From Tricharina praecox (Eukaryota): DNA of 64,000 bases. The stretch's first letter is position 1; every line of letters starts with the position of its first letter. The notes below the pieces were generated by a model. It did no database searches. It had not been told where the DNA came from and saw only the letters and a list, made by a program, of their open reading frames with translations. The stretch lies in assembly GCF_024521635.1 (NCBI RefSeq), contig NW_026250423.1, positions 434,001 to 498,000 of the forward strand, in the 5' to 3' direction. Positions 1 through 12,165 of this stretch are shown here, in pieces. Position numbers and translations under genes: made by a program.

Positions 1-341
1 CGTGCGTTCTCGGACTCCCTGAGGAAAGAGTTGATCGCCACGAAGATCCGTGTGATGGTCGTGGACCCAGGACAAGTCGAGACGGAGTTCTCGGTTGTTA
101 GGTTCCGTGGGGACAAGGCGAAAGCCGACGCTGTCTATGCGTAAGCTCCCTCAAGTACATAGGATGACGAATGACGCATGGCTAACGAGTGAATAGCGAC
201 GTGGATCCGCTGACAGCTGAGGACATTGCTGAGGTCGTGGTTTTTGTGGCTGGCAGGAAGGAGAATGTTGTCGTGGCTGATACACTGGTGTTTCCAAGCC
301 ACCAGGCAGGTGCGGGCGTGATGCACAGGAAGTCAGCCTAG
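1..341 (+). CDS. 3' part of a short-chain dehydrogenase/reductase, YdfG/YMR226C-like NADP-dependent 3-hydroxy acid dehydrogenase (5' end outside window)
   Basis: Frame 1 reads [47 protein letters not shown]. Intron 141-196 (GTAAGC...GCTAAC...ATAG) is followed by [37 protein letters not shown]...KSA, with TAG at 339-341. PGxVETEFS..RF and PLTAEDIAE are typical of this SDR subfamily. Confidence 0.88.
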
Positions 342-856
342 AAGGTGGATGACTGTACATAGGTGATCTTTGTCTACATGTGAATTGATTGATACCTTTC
401 CTCTGTAAGGGTCCGAGCGCTGAAGGCTATCCAGTGATGCCACATATATGTATTCGTCTGCATATTGCTCAGCAAGAAAAAAAAAGTCTATATGTTGTTC
501 CAAATCCATACTAGAATGAGTTTATCTTCCAAATCAATCTAGGTCATTCCGATTGGCCACCATTCATTTCTACAGCTCGCCATCCATCCTCGCCATTCAT
601 CCGTAGTTGGCGATTGCTTCTTGTATCACTCCGCCCTTCGCACGTCAACGATTTCAGTTGAATAGTCTAGTGTTTGTTTGTGGTGTCAAACTAGCAGTGC
701 AGCTTTCGATGAGCAGCGGAGATCGAAACGAATAGAGTTATGCAAGCTTTAAGCTTAAATTGGGACAGGTGGAGCTACACTTCCAGGTTTGCTTGGGCAT
801 TTAAGCTCGACTGGTTGGGATAAACCATCCTTCTCCTCCCTACAAGCTACATTCAC

Positions 857-934
857 AGCACATCTTGACATCTTGACACCGGCACTCAACACCTAAGCAC
901 ATCTTGACACCTTGACACCAGCACTCAACACCCA
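857..934. repeat. 39-bp direct tandem duplication (2 copies) just upstream of the orphan gene
   Basis: AGCACATCTTGACA(T/C)CTTGACACC(G/A)GCACTCAACACC(T/C)A occurs at 857 and 896. Confidence 0.85.
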
Positions 935-961
935 AGTCAATCAACAACACCGCAACTCACC

Positions 962-2039
962 ATGTCAAAACCCTTGGATAGATTCGTGGAAATAGAGGTT
1001 TCTACTGCTCCTGCTCCTCGTTCGTCTGACAGGTAAGAGTCCGCCCTGCGTGCCGTCCGCTACCTTTACTGACCAAATTTCCTCCGGTAGCATGATTGAC
1101 ATGGTTCTACAGCCCAACCAGACAATGATTGTGCTCTGCGGGGCGATGCACGAATTCATCGCAGCAGTAACAATAGCCAAGAGAGCTGCTGGCTTGGTGA
1201 CTGTCATTCCCGTCTGCGACTCCCCGAAGATCCTGCTCGTCCTTGCAATCCATCAGTCGAAGCCGAAGATTTGGCGATCAGTCCCAGTCGACTGCAGCCA
1301 GTTCATTACCAGGATCAACATGATGTGGTGGCTGTCCCCGATCAATCGCCGCCTAGCAGAAGTCGCGGATATCAACATGCGTCTGGGCATTAAAGAGGCA
1401 TTCTCGAAAGGGCTTGGGAAGCTGCACTTCGCTGTGGAAGGATTGGAGAAGCTATGTTTGGGAGAGGGGAAGGTGGTTGTGCAAGGGCTGAAGTCTGGGC
1501 TCGAGGGGTTTCACTTGAAAATATCCTCCGCTCATCCTTTTCCTCTTCTTCTTCCTCCTCCTCCTCCTACTACTAATACTTCTTCCTCTCCTCCCACTCT
1601 CGCTCCTCCTGATCTTCCTCCTCCTGATCTTCCTCCTCCTGATCTTCCTCCTCGCCCCACTGCTAAAACTACTTCTCGTTCCCCCCCCGCTCTTCCACCT
1701 CGCCCACCAAACCACGCTTGGGTCCCTTTCGATGACGACGATGACGACGAGGACAGCGAGGACGATGAGGACGACGACGATGACGACTACGAGCTGCTTA
1801 TGAAGGCAAACACCAATTCCCATCCCTTCCGTGGCATTCCAGACGTTCGACGAACCTGCGCCGACAACCGGTTCTGCTGCAAGCACCGATGCATAGTCAC
1901 GACGATCACACCGGAGGGGCAAGTATTCCACTTTCCCTGCTCCGAACCGCTGGTGCCTCCGAAGCTGTCTGGGTACAGACCCGCGCTCTGGCAGAGATAC
2001 CGCCCGAAAGTTCCGTCAAGGCTCGCAATGCAGGTGTGA
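962..2039 (+). CDS. hypothetical protein with Pro-rich repeats, an acidic tract and a Cys/His-rich C-terminus (exons 962-1032, 1091-2039)
   Basis: ATG at 962. Intron 1033-1090 (GTAAGA...CTGAC...GGTAG) splices in frame into the 329-codon ORF 1050-2039. No family recognised. Confidence 0.6.
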
Positions 2040-5000
2040 TTGATGCATCAACCCTCCGTTTTATCGTAACCGCGTACCGAGGCACACCAGTTTGTGGTGG
2101 TGGCTGTGAGTGAGAAATGCATGCGGACAGCCGCGATATGCACCGGCGCGGTTTCCGATCCGGAGGGCGTGAGGATTCGAGAAGCGGATCGCAGTTACCA
2201 GCATCTTGGTGGATGTTAGATGCGAGATCGAGTGGGATGTGATGTGGTATGGTGGGATGGGATGATAGGAATGGAAGTGGAGGCACGAATTGGGGCTATG
2301 CGTATGTGTCGGAGCTTGAAAGAGTATCTCTAGTGCAAGTGTGTTCTTTGTGGATGTGATCATGGAAGAATTCCAACTGCGGCAAGAGTGGAGTGTTGTG
2401 CACCCGGCGAAAGAGATGGCGGAAAGAGAATATCGGAGACGTTTCACATGTGCTACTGTCTACATACAAGAACCGCAGCGCTGTGACTTGGTTCCACGAG
2501 TGAGGTATATCTGAAACTTCTATCATATGCACTCCACATCCAAGATCTCTGTAGATTCCCGTATCAATGCTCTGTCGTTTATTTTTGGTTTCATACCTCC
2601 TTCCGATCCGAACAGTGGCAGTTATCGTGGGAAGTTAGGGAAAGTATGCATGGAAAAATTACTCCAGTTACGACCGACTTCAAAGTTTCCATAGAGCTGG
2701 CTGCTGGTCGTGACTATGACTGTGTGCACTACCGGTACTTATTGGCGTTCCTAGTCCCAGCATCGTACTCCCCGGAGCCTTGGAATTGCCTGAAGATTCA
2801 AGGATTCGGGGATTCGACTTTGCGGTGGCATTAACTTTGACGTTGACGTTGGCGTTGGCGAGGAGCCGGGAGACCAAATCCAATAGGTGGAGTATATGTT
2901 TTTTTGCAGGTGTAGCACCGCAGGTCGTGTTTACATTTTGCCTGTGCAATCGGTTCCAACAAACCTCTGTTGCAACTTGCGCCAAAACACAGAAACATCG
3001 CAGCGGTAGATTACGCACTATATCATACTATACTTCGAGGCTCTCTTGAAGGGACATACCTAGCTTAACGGCGTTCATAAGACCAAACACACTTCAAGCC
3101 CCCTCCCAATCCGACATACGCGGACAAGATGACACCAGGCTCCTCCCCTCCCTCCCACGTTTCCCTCCCCCTTTCCCCCATACATCTCCTGACAGCAATG
3201 ACAAGAGGCTAAATGTTTCTCAGCTACCAACCGATCGATGGGCGGACTGCATACCTCATATATACATACATCTTCATGTGCCAGTCAGTGCCAGTCAGTG
3301 CCAGTCGGTGCCAATGCCAGATTGCCAGAGCCGAATCACACAACCAGATTGCCGACAGATATGGACTAGATAAGCGAGTGTTTCCCACGGAAAGTGCACA
3401 CCAGACCTGGGAAACGTGTCGGTTGTGGACTCACACAGCTTTTTCGTTGCCAGGACTCGTCACTCAATCAATAATCGCCGCATCGAGATTCGCCCCTCGG
3501 CCTTCGGGCCCATCGTTGGAAACTGGAAACGTACAAGTGGGAACTGGCAGCGATATGGCGCGGTTATGTATCAACTAGGGCTGAGGGCTCAGGGTTTGTC
3601 AGCCAGCCAAAAAGCGACCGGGATCGCGAGAAGTGCACATCGTGAGGGACGGGGGGTAAACGGGCAAACCACCCCGCGCTGTTGGAGCGAAAAGGGCGGG
3701 GTGAGGGTAGCTCACGGCACTGGAGATCTGCGAAAAGCTATTCGGAGTCTCATAGAAAACTTTGAAGTGAGCATATGGCCTTCGATATGTCTCAGGGTCC
3801 GACGACTCAACCCTTTCGCCTCACGCTTTACCCGTGGTTCGCCAACTGCGGGCCTGGCCATCCGGCTTTCGGGGGGCCGATCTCCTATGTATGCACACGG
3901 CTCGCGAGGAGAGTCTGCGGATTTCAGCGCATATCCGACGATGCTCGAGACCGTATGTACATATCGGTGGTCCCCCTCGAACGCACGAAGGATCATATGC
4001 AGTCAAAGAACGCGAGCAGGTTGCGGCACAGTAGCGTCCGCGATCAACACCTTACTTTCCTCGGACATCTGAAATCCGAGAAATCATCGAGTGCGCGCGA
4101 CGTTGGATCATAGCCTCATGCATGGGTGGCTGACGGTGGGGTAAAAGTATGCCTCTAAGTAAGAAGCTGGCCTAGCTTCCCCGCCCTTCAGCGATATCAG
4201 CTTCGAGCTTCTATCTGGAGAGTGATCACACGCGCAGGAGAGAAGCTCGATATGTGGGTGTGGGTGTGATAGCCGGAAGACCGGGAGGCCAGGCAGGGCC
4301 TAGGTACTTACCGGACTATACCGTAGTAGCTCCTTGCTCGTGAAATCATGAAGAGTCTCCGAGGGGAGCGGTGGAGGAGGGAGGGAAGAGTTGCAAAGGA
4401 CGGGTTTTCTCACGAGCTGTGATACCTATCAGAGTGGAATGACCCACGACGGAGGTTCCGTCAAGTCAAGCTCGGAGAACGAAGTGACTTGAAGGCGAGT
4501 GGGACCGGTTGGCTGTGTGGTGCAGATCACCCATGAAGAAGCGAGCACCCTTTCCTTTCCGTTTCCGTCCCGTCCATACCCCGTCTACACAACCACTTCT
4601 TACTTACTTCCTCACTCATGTATCCGCGCACGCACATTTGCGTCTGCGGCCGGCCAAGAGATCTAGTACTTTCCCACAACTTTTATTCCCATGCTTGTTA
4701 CACCAGGAAAGTGTCTCTGGGAGAGATAGCCAAATCTTTACCTACCAGCAGTGAATGCACCCCGCATGTGGGGCCAGATAAATCCTTGTTGGGATGAAGG
4801 GCAGATGGACGTAGGGTACAAATATCAGCTCGTATTCGTCCGGGTGTGCTGAGACTGAAGGAAGTCACTATCGTCTTCCATTCTCTTTCCTCTGTTGCGA
4901 CTTAGGTTCATTTAAGTCCTTTCTTAAGACCCCATTTACTTTTGTTTGTACTTCTCTGCAGCTGGTCTTTGCCTGTGCTTCGTTGTTGGTCTTTCTCAAA

Positions 5001-5139
5001 ATAGTTGTGATTGCAGCTGTGTGTGGTGGTGTTTTGACAGTCACCCACTTCCTCCCACTCCCTCCTCTTTCCTCTCTCCTCCCTCCTCCCTCCGTCCATC
5101 GGGTTCAGGACCACCAGCAGAATCAAGAGCACCGTCACG

Positions 5140-7302
5140 ATGGCGAGCTACGGCTCTCTGTCAGTGCCGGCCACTACGAGGAGCACCCATTCAAGCAGCA
5201 TCACGTCTCGAGACGACGAGGCATCATCCGAGAACACGCCCTTGCTATTGTCCTCAAACAGATTCCAATCACCACGGCACACTGACGAGAGTCCAGCCGG
5301 CACCATTGCACACGGAGATGAGCACAGTGAGCTCTTGTCTGTGCTGTCGATAACCGGTGCACCTCCTATCGGAATCGAGGTCGAGGCAATTCCTCCGATT
5401 GCGTGTTCGCCGGATGAGAACGGTGATACGACACTGCCTAGGGATGACACGCTCAGGTATCGTCCTGGTTCCGTGAACGGGGACGGCGAGACGAGCGAGA
5501 TGAGCTTCCACGGCGGCATCAGCAAGGGCCAGTTCTGGGTCATCTTCTGTGGTGAATTTCCTGCGCTACATACATACATACATATGAGTACATAGGAATC
5601 TTGAGTGCTGATGAGATAATGCAGGAATCCTCCTTGCTAACTTCCTCGGGGCTTTCGATGGCACTATCATGGCGTCAACTCACACCTCTGTCACATCGGA
5701 TTTCAAGGCTTCGGAGCTTGCCTCCTGGTTGTCCACATCCTTCCTTCTGACGGCGACAAGTTTCCAGCCGCTGTACGGAAGGTTGAGCGACGTGCTTGGT
5801 CGAAAACCGCCGTTCATATTCTCGTGCCTCGTATTCACCATTTCAACTCTGTGGTGTGCTCGTGCGCAGAACATCTACAGTTTCATCGCGGCGAGAGCAG
5901 TGTGTGGGCTTGGAGCTGGGGGGATGATGACGATGTGAATAGTCTCGTCTATCTGTATGGTCGAATTGCGGAGACTGACATTGGGTGATGCAGGGGCGCA
6001 ATCGTTCTTAGTGATCTTCTGCCGATTGAGATTCGTGGGACATACCAGAGCATCAATAACCTCGCTTGGGGTCTTGGTGGAGTCCTCGGTGCCGCAACTG
6101 GTGGTGCAATCGCCGATGCCTGGGGATGGCGAGCGACATTCGGGCTACAGGTTCCCTTCGGCGTCATTTGCGTGATAGTTCTCTTCGTGACGATGCCATC
6201 GCGGGACAAAGCAGATTCGGCTACAGCCCTGTGGGATCGCTTCAAGGACTTTGACTTCGCGGGCTCATTCTATCTGACGACTGGGCTGATGTTCTTGATC
6301 CTCGGCATGAACCTAGGAGGGAATGTACTGCCGTGGAGCGATTGGAAGATTCTCGCCTCGCTATGCATTGGGCTCGTTCTGGCGAACCTCCTAGTGCGTA
6401 CAGAGGCCAAGGCCATCTCGCCTGTCATGCCATTGAAACTTCTGGCATCTTCGCGGGGACTGATAATATTCAACAACTTCTTCAGCATGGCTATCATCAA
6501 TGCTGTAAGCTGAAGCCCCGTCCTTCCCCCATCGAGTACAATTTTCAGCTGACAAACAAGGTCCTGTTCAACCTCCCCCTTTACTTCCAAGCCGTCCGCC
6601 TCGAGAGTGCTACGCAAGCTGGAAGCCGCCTTCTGATCCCCGCAATAATGAACTCCGCATCCGGGGTCGTGACCGGTCTCATAATCACCCGCATCCAGCG
6701 CTTCGACTTGACCTTCTACATCGGTGGCATTCTGATGGTGGTCGGTTGCTTCCTATACACCATTATACCCCGCGAACTGCCATCGTGGGCATATTTCTTC
6801 TTCCTTGTGCCTTGCCATTTCGGCAGTGGTTTCGTCTTCCCGAGTGCACTCCTAGGAATCCTGGCGATGAGCACGCAGACGGATCAGGCGGTTGTGACGT
6901 CGACGCTGATCATGCTGCGCTCACTCGGTGGAGTGATGGGCGTTGCCATGAGTTCGCTGATCGTCCAGAACTTCTTGCTCGTCTTCTTGAATGAGAATGT
7001 TACGGGTGTTGATAGGGAAGAGGTCATCGAGAGGGCGAGAACAAGCGTGCAGAGCATCTTCCACCTGAAGGGGGAGCAGTTGCGTCAAGGTATTCCCTCC
7101 ATCCAGATCTCCCACATCTCGTGACTAACGGAACACAGTAACCGATTCCTACAACTCCGCGCTACAGTTGTGTTTCGTCTTCATCTTCGCGATGTCCCTA
7201 GTAGCTGGGTTGCTGATCGCCAAGCTGGATCTTCCACGTCTCCCGGGCAAAAAGAGGGCCAATGGTAGAATGGACAAAGTCATGTGCCACGTTGGTGAAT
7301 GA
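5140..7302 (+). CDS. MFS transporter, DHA2/Vba (vacuolar basic amino acid transporter)-like; exons 5140-5551, 5625-5934, 5994-6504, 6561-7089, 7139-7302
   Basis: Motifs FDGTIMAS, WLSTSFLL..TSFQPLYGRLSDVLGRK (MFS motif A), ARAVCGLGAGG, SDLLPIEIRGTYQ, FDFAGS, LPLYFQAV and RSLGGVMGVA. Four GT-AG introns restore the frame. The N-terminal ENTPLL matches an acidic dileucine vacuolar sorting motif. Confidence 0.92.
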
Positions 7303-7703
7303 GGGACGGTCGGGGATATAAAAAAAAGTTCATATTGTCTAGCTGTTGTGTGGGGGTGATTCCGGCGCATGTTTAGGGGGCGAAATGAGAGCTGCAAGCG
7401 GAATCACGAATAAAATAGAGTGGGATTGCGGAGGTTTTCGTGGGTGGAGGTTTTCGTGGGTGGGATACGTGAGATAGACCTAGCGGAGGATGCTCTATGC
7501 CTATTCAAGGTTGTCCCTACACTTATGACGAGTGGAAACCCATGCTGCGGACGTCTGATGTGATTTGCCAATGCGAAGCGCACAGATGAGTCATCCCGAG
7601 AGCTTTCAATGACAGCAGTCACTATAGCCGCCCTCAACCTCCATCAAGTCTAATACCTGAGCTTACCTTATCTACTAACCTAACCTCTTCCCCCCACCTC
7701 GAC

Positions 7704-8801
7704 ATGGCGCTCGACACTATCGCTACGGAGCTGGTATTCATGGTCACCGATCATCTTGAGATCGAATCCTTCGCATCTCTCCTCTTCGCAAACCGTACGC
7801 TCTACCATTGCCTCACCCAGAAGTTCCACCGCCGCGCGATCTCAGACGACGGCGGTGTCTCGGCGCTTCTCCATGCGGCATCCACCAGCAACCTCACCCT
7901 CGCAACCACGCTCCTCTCCGCCGGTGCGATTCCCAATCTCTTTGTGTCCGCACCATGTGATATCCGCGCAATAACCCCGCTGCACATCGCCGCACTCGCC
8001 GGAAACCTCCCACTATGCCGGCTCCTCGTGCAGTACGGCGCAGATCCGCACGTGGCCTTCCACCTAACCAGCCCACTCCGCCGGCACTTGGGCGGGAAGC
8101 TCGACGCAACCCGCGAATACATGGAAAATCTGACGCCGCTCGGCTGTGCCGTGTGCCACGAGCACGCCGCGCTCACCGTCTTCCTGCTGGACGCCATGGA
8201 CGCGCAGGATGCCGGCAACTGGTTCTCGCACGCCTCGGGATTGTTCGAGTTCGCCATGGAACAGGGCTACATCTCGATCCTCTCCGTGTTCATCTCGCGC
8301 GAGGACGTCGACGCCGACGCGTTGACGTGGTTCCTAAGGCCCACAGTCGCGGCTGGGAACCCCCACATCGTCGAGATGATGCTGCGAGCGGGCGCCGACG
8401 TCGAGGGCCGCCCAAACAACTGGCGCCCGCTGCATGTCGCCGCGCATCGCGGGCACGTCGGCGTCATCCGTGTGCTCCTGCGACACGAGGCAGAGGTCGA
8501 CTCGCTCTCCCATGCGAAGCGGGATCAGCCAAAGACTGCGCTCGTCGTCGCGGCGAGGACAGCGGTCATGGGGCTCTCGAGGAGCGGTCTCGCGAAGATT
8601 CCGGACGAGGAGCGCGAGGCGGAAGTGGTAAGGATGCAGCAAGGGGCCAGGGAGGCCGCTATATTACTTGTCGACAATGGAGCCGACGTCGACTTCGCTA
8701 TTCACCTCGTCTATGGCCTCATTGCTACTCAGAGTGAGAAAACGGACGTCACCAGGTTTCTCGAGGATATCAGGACTCAGGAGACTCACCATGTCACGTA
8801 G
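7704..8801 (+). CDS. ankyrin-repeat protein with an N-terminal F-box-like segment
   Basis: Intronless 365-aa ORF with ankyrin motifs (TPLHIAALAGN...LLVQYGADP, TPLGCAV, PLHVAAHRGHVGVIRVLLRHEAEVD). The N-terminus LDTIATELVFMVTDHL resembles the F-box L..LP.EL...I..L pattern. Confidence 0.85.
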   Translation: MALDTIATELVFMVTDHLEIESFASLLFANRTLYHCLTQKFHRRAISDDGGVSALLHAASTSNLTLATTLLSAGAIPNLFVSAPCDIRAITPLHIAALAGNLPLCRLLVQYGADPHVAFHLTSPLRRHLGGKLDATREYMENLTPLGCAVCHEHAALTVFLLDAMDAQDAGNWFSHASGLFEFAMEQGYISILSVFISREDVDADALTWFLRPTVAAGNPHIVEMMLRAGADVEGRPNNWRPLHVAAHRGHVGVIRVLLRHEAEVDSLSHAKRDQPKTALVVAARTAVMGLSRSGLAKIPDEEREAEVVRMQQGAREAAILLVDNGADVDFAIHLVYGLIATQSEKTDVTRFLEDIRTQETHHVT

Positions 8802-9265
8802 ATGATTGATGCACGCGCTCACCATTGCCCAGGTTTAGCATCACCCTCTGGATTTGCTGACCAGTGTCCACAGACGAGCTGAACGACAGAAATGTAATGC
8901 ATATTTGGGACGCTTGCTTACCACGACCATATCTTGGGGACGGCAGTGGCGGCGATATCTGAAGTTATATTTCCGATTTCTATCACATGAAGTTCTGGAA
9001 GATTTTGAAACCGTGTACTTATATCACCACTTATGCCCGTATTTACCTACCTACCTAAATTACTTACTATCGACTTCTTTTTCTGCTTTGCCATCACATC
9101 TTAGCTTAATAAACGTGCACCATCTTCCCAACAACGTGCGTGAATCGTGACTTTCGGTTGAACCAACTCATGAGTGATCACTCTTGCCCGGAACGTCCGT
9201 CTAAATTCCGACCAACCGCGATCTTCCTGCAGCCATGCTGATTATCCTTGGCAGTCAGCCAGGAA

Positions 9266-10037
9266 TCCAGTGCTCTCGATAGTTCAATCCGGACGTTAGT
9301 CCGTCCAGTCCGGACTGCACCAGGCCAGTCCAGTCCATAAAATTAGAGGACGGTTTGCCTTCAGTCCGTCCCAAAGATTTGCCGCCCTGGGCTGCAGTCG
9401 ACTATTAGTACAGTCGACTGACAGACTGCCACTTTCTGAAATTTTTAGGTCGACCTAGTTATGTGGCTAGCGGGCAGCACTCTTTCTTAGAACCTATCAC
9501 ATGAACCTCGCTGGAAAGATCTTGCCAGAATGGCCCTCGAATATTTGAGTATGTATTCCCACCACGAGTGCAGAGCCGGAGCGAGTTTTTAGTGCGGCGA
9601 AAATTAGTCTCTCTCATCGTCGCTGCTGCGGGATGGGTGACGGCCCGGGTGTACTGGTGGTGCTGGAGGCGCTGGAATGTCTCGACTCTCAAAGCTGGCA
9701 ACGAGATGGTCTTGTAGCTTTTACAAAGGGCGATATTAAGCAGAAGGAGACTACCTATCCTCAATGCACTGCACGAGGATGATCTGCAATAGCTGTACAG
9801 CTTGTACTATAGACGTGTACACAAAGTTCATTGCTGATTTCGAACATTTTCTATTCAAAGTGCCAGTCCAGTCTGTCCAGTCGACTGCAGTCCGTCCAGC
9901 GACTCCAGCCCTAACAGTTGCACAGACTGTCCAGTCCAGTCCAGTCAACGCAGACTTCCGGACGGACTGAACCCCTCAGTTCAGTCCGACTTTTGTCGAA
10001 AGACGGACGGACGGACTGGACTATCGAAGGCACTGGA
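9266..10037. mobile_element. non-autonomous TIR element (MITE), hAT-like termini
   Basis: The left end TCCAGTGCTCTCGATAGTTCAATCCG matches the reverse complement of the right end (TCCAGTGCCTTCGATAGTCCAGTCCG) at 22 of 26 nt. Dense subterminal CAGTC/AGTCC/GTCGACT repeats lie at 9290-9430 and 9860-10025. No clear TSD and no transposase. Confidence 0.6.
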
Positions 10038-10266
10038 CGCAAGGCTTGCGGACTCATCCTGCAGCTGGGAAGTATTGTAGAAGGCAAGTTCAGATTTGGG
10101 AATGCAGCTCTCAAGAATACCGTAGTCTTCACAACCCGGCCTGTAAGAGCAAAACAATCTCATTGAGTCATTTTACGTAGCACCCCTTATCTACAAATAC
10201 ACCCCCCTCCGTCCCCCATCCCCTCAGCCCTGGGCCCATCCCCATCCACATCCCCATCCGCCCCAT

Positions 10267-11728
10267 TTACTTCGGATAATCCTTGAGATGAAAACTCTTG
10301 AGCCTAACAAACTGCTCAAAGCCGAACCTACTCAGCGTAACCCCCCTTCCCGAATCCTTCCAGCCCGTCCACGCCAAATCCGGCGAGGGATAATCGCATC
10401 TGTTAACAAACACGGTGCCCGCCTCGATCAAATGCAGCAGCTCCTCGCCCGTGGCCAGGTCGCTAGTCCAGACGCTCGCGGTCAGGCCGAGCGAGGAATC
10501 GTTCATTAGAGCGACTGCCTCCGCGTCCGACGCGACTTTTTGCACCGGGATGAGTGGACCGAAGGTTTCCTCGCGCATGACGCGCATGCTGGGGGTGCAG
10601 TCGGCGAGGAGCTCGGGGCGGACGAAGGTTTGGCCGAGGGCCTGGCCGGCAGAGAAGACGTCTGGTGTGAGGAGGCGCGCGCCGTTGGCGAGGGCGTCGG
10701 CGACGTGCTCGGCGATTGTGGACGCGCTGCGGGCGGACACGACGGGGCCCAGGTGCGTGGCTGCGTCCAGGGGGTCGCCGAGTTTGTAGCCCTCGAGGAC
10801 ATTGACGACCTCGGCAAGGAACTGGTTGTAGATGTCGGCGTGCACGTACACGCGCTCGATCGAGCAGCAGCTTTGACCAGAGTTGAAGACGGCGCCGTCG
10901 ACGATTTCGGCGGCGGCCCAGGCGACGTCGACGTCTGCGCGGATGTAGGCCGGGTCGTTGCCGCCGAGCTCGAGGCCGACGGGGACGATCCGGCTGGATG
11001 CCGCTTGCTGGATTGCGAGTCCGCCCGCCACCGAGCCGGTAAACGCTATTGATGCGATTTCCGGGCGCGCGACGAGTTTGGATAGCGTAGGGAGGTCGCC
11101 GCAGTGCACTGTCTGCAGCACGCCCGAGGGAAGCCCCGCTTCCTCGAAGATCGAAACCATGTGCTCCGCGATCGTTGGAGTCTGCGGCGAGGGCTTGAGC
11201 AGCAGTGTGTTTCCCGCCAGCAACGCGGGGATAAGGGAGTTGACAAGGATCAAGTACGGATACTACCATTCCACTGTCAGTCCGCAATCCCTCTCACCCC
11301 TCACAAGCTCAACGAGAACTCACATTCCACGCAAAAACAACCAGCACAACCCCCAGCGGTTCCTTCCGAATCCACCTCTTAAAGCCCTCCTCCACCTCTC
11401 CGGGGGTATCCTTCAACGCCTCGCCCGACACCTTAAGCAAGTACTCTCCGCGCTTCACCGCAGTGGCGACCTCCTTCGGCGTGTAGGCAATCGGCCGTCC
11501 CATCTGCTCTGTAATCTCCTTTCCGAGCTCATCTGACCTGCTTGCCAGAATCTGTAGGGCCTTCTTGACGATTTGCTGTCGTGCCGCTAGAGGGTGCGTG
11601 TGGCGGAAGGTCGAGAAGGCTTTTTGTGCGGTGGCGAGGATGGGCGGGAAGTCGGATTCGGTGACTCCCGATCGGGTCAGGATGGCAGCGCCGCTGATGG
11701 GCGAGATGGTCGTGATCGTGGTGGTCAT
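10267..11728 (-). CDS. aldehyde dehydrogenase family protein (exons 11728-11324, 11262-10267)
   Basis: ALDH motifs EPLGVVLVVFAWN|YPY, KPSPQTP, FTGSVAGG, LELGGND, FNSGQSCCS (catalytic Cys) and EETFGP. Intron 11263-11323 (GTGAGT...CTGAC...TAG). Confidence 0.95.
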
Positions 11729-12165
11729 TTTTGTGGTGGATCAGGGAGAGATGGGGCGATGAGGGGTTGCTGGTGGGGCGATAGCTTGAGCTTATCTATG
11801 GTCCCTGGATCCCTGACCGGTACCAGGGACAGCTACTCTACTGACTAGTAGAGCTCGTGTCACGTGAAGAATCGCGATTCACGACGGTTGCTGTCGGGCT
11901 TTCTTGATCGCAGCTGTGCCATTTCTTAAGGACCTGCTGTCTAGCATTCGTAAAATGTCCAAGTAGTCAGAGTATCTTCACATTTTTGTGTACCATTGAA
12001 AGTCCCGACAGTGGTGCAAAAAGACCCGTGGATCGGGACTGACCCCGGCTACGTCATACAGCCCAACCTCCAACCTCCCGCCTGCACCACCTCTCATCCT
12101 CTCCCATCATTTCCTCCGCCTCTCACACCACCTCCACAGCCCGATCACCAACCCAACCAACCAAG

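Noticed and set aside
3416..4113. 218-aa and overlapping ORFs between the orphan gene and the MFS gene
   Set aside because: Non-ATG starts, no recognisable domain or codon bias, and no convincing splice structure in any frame I translated.
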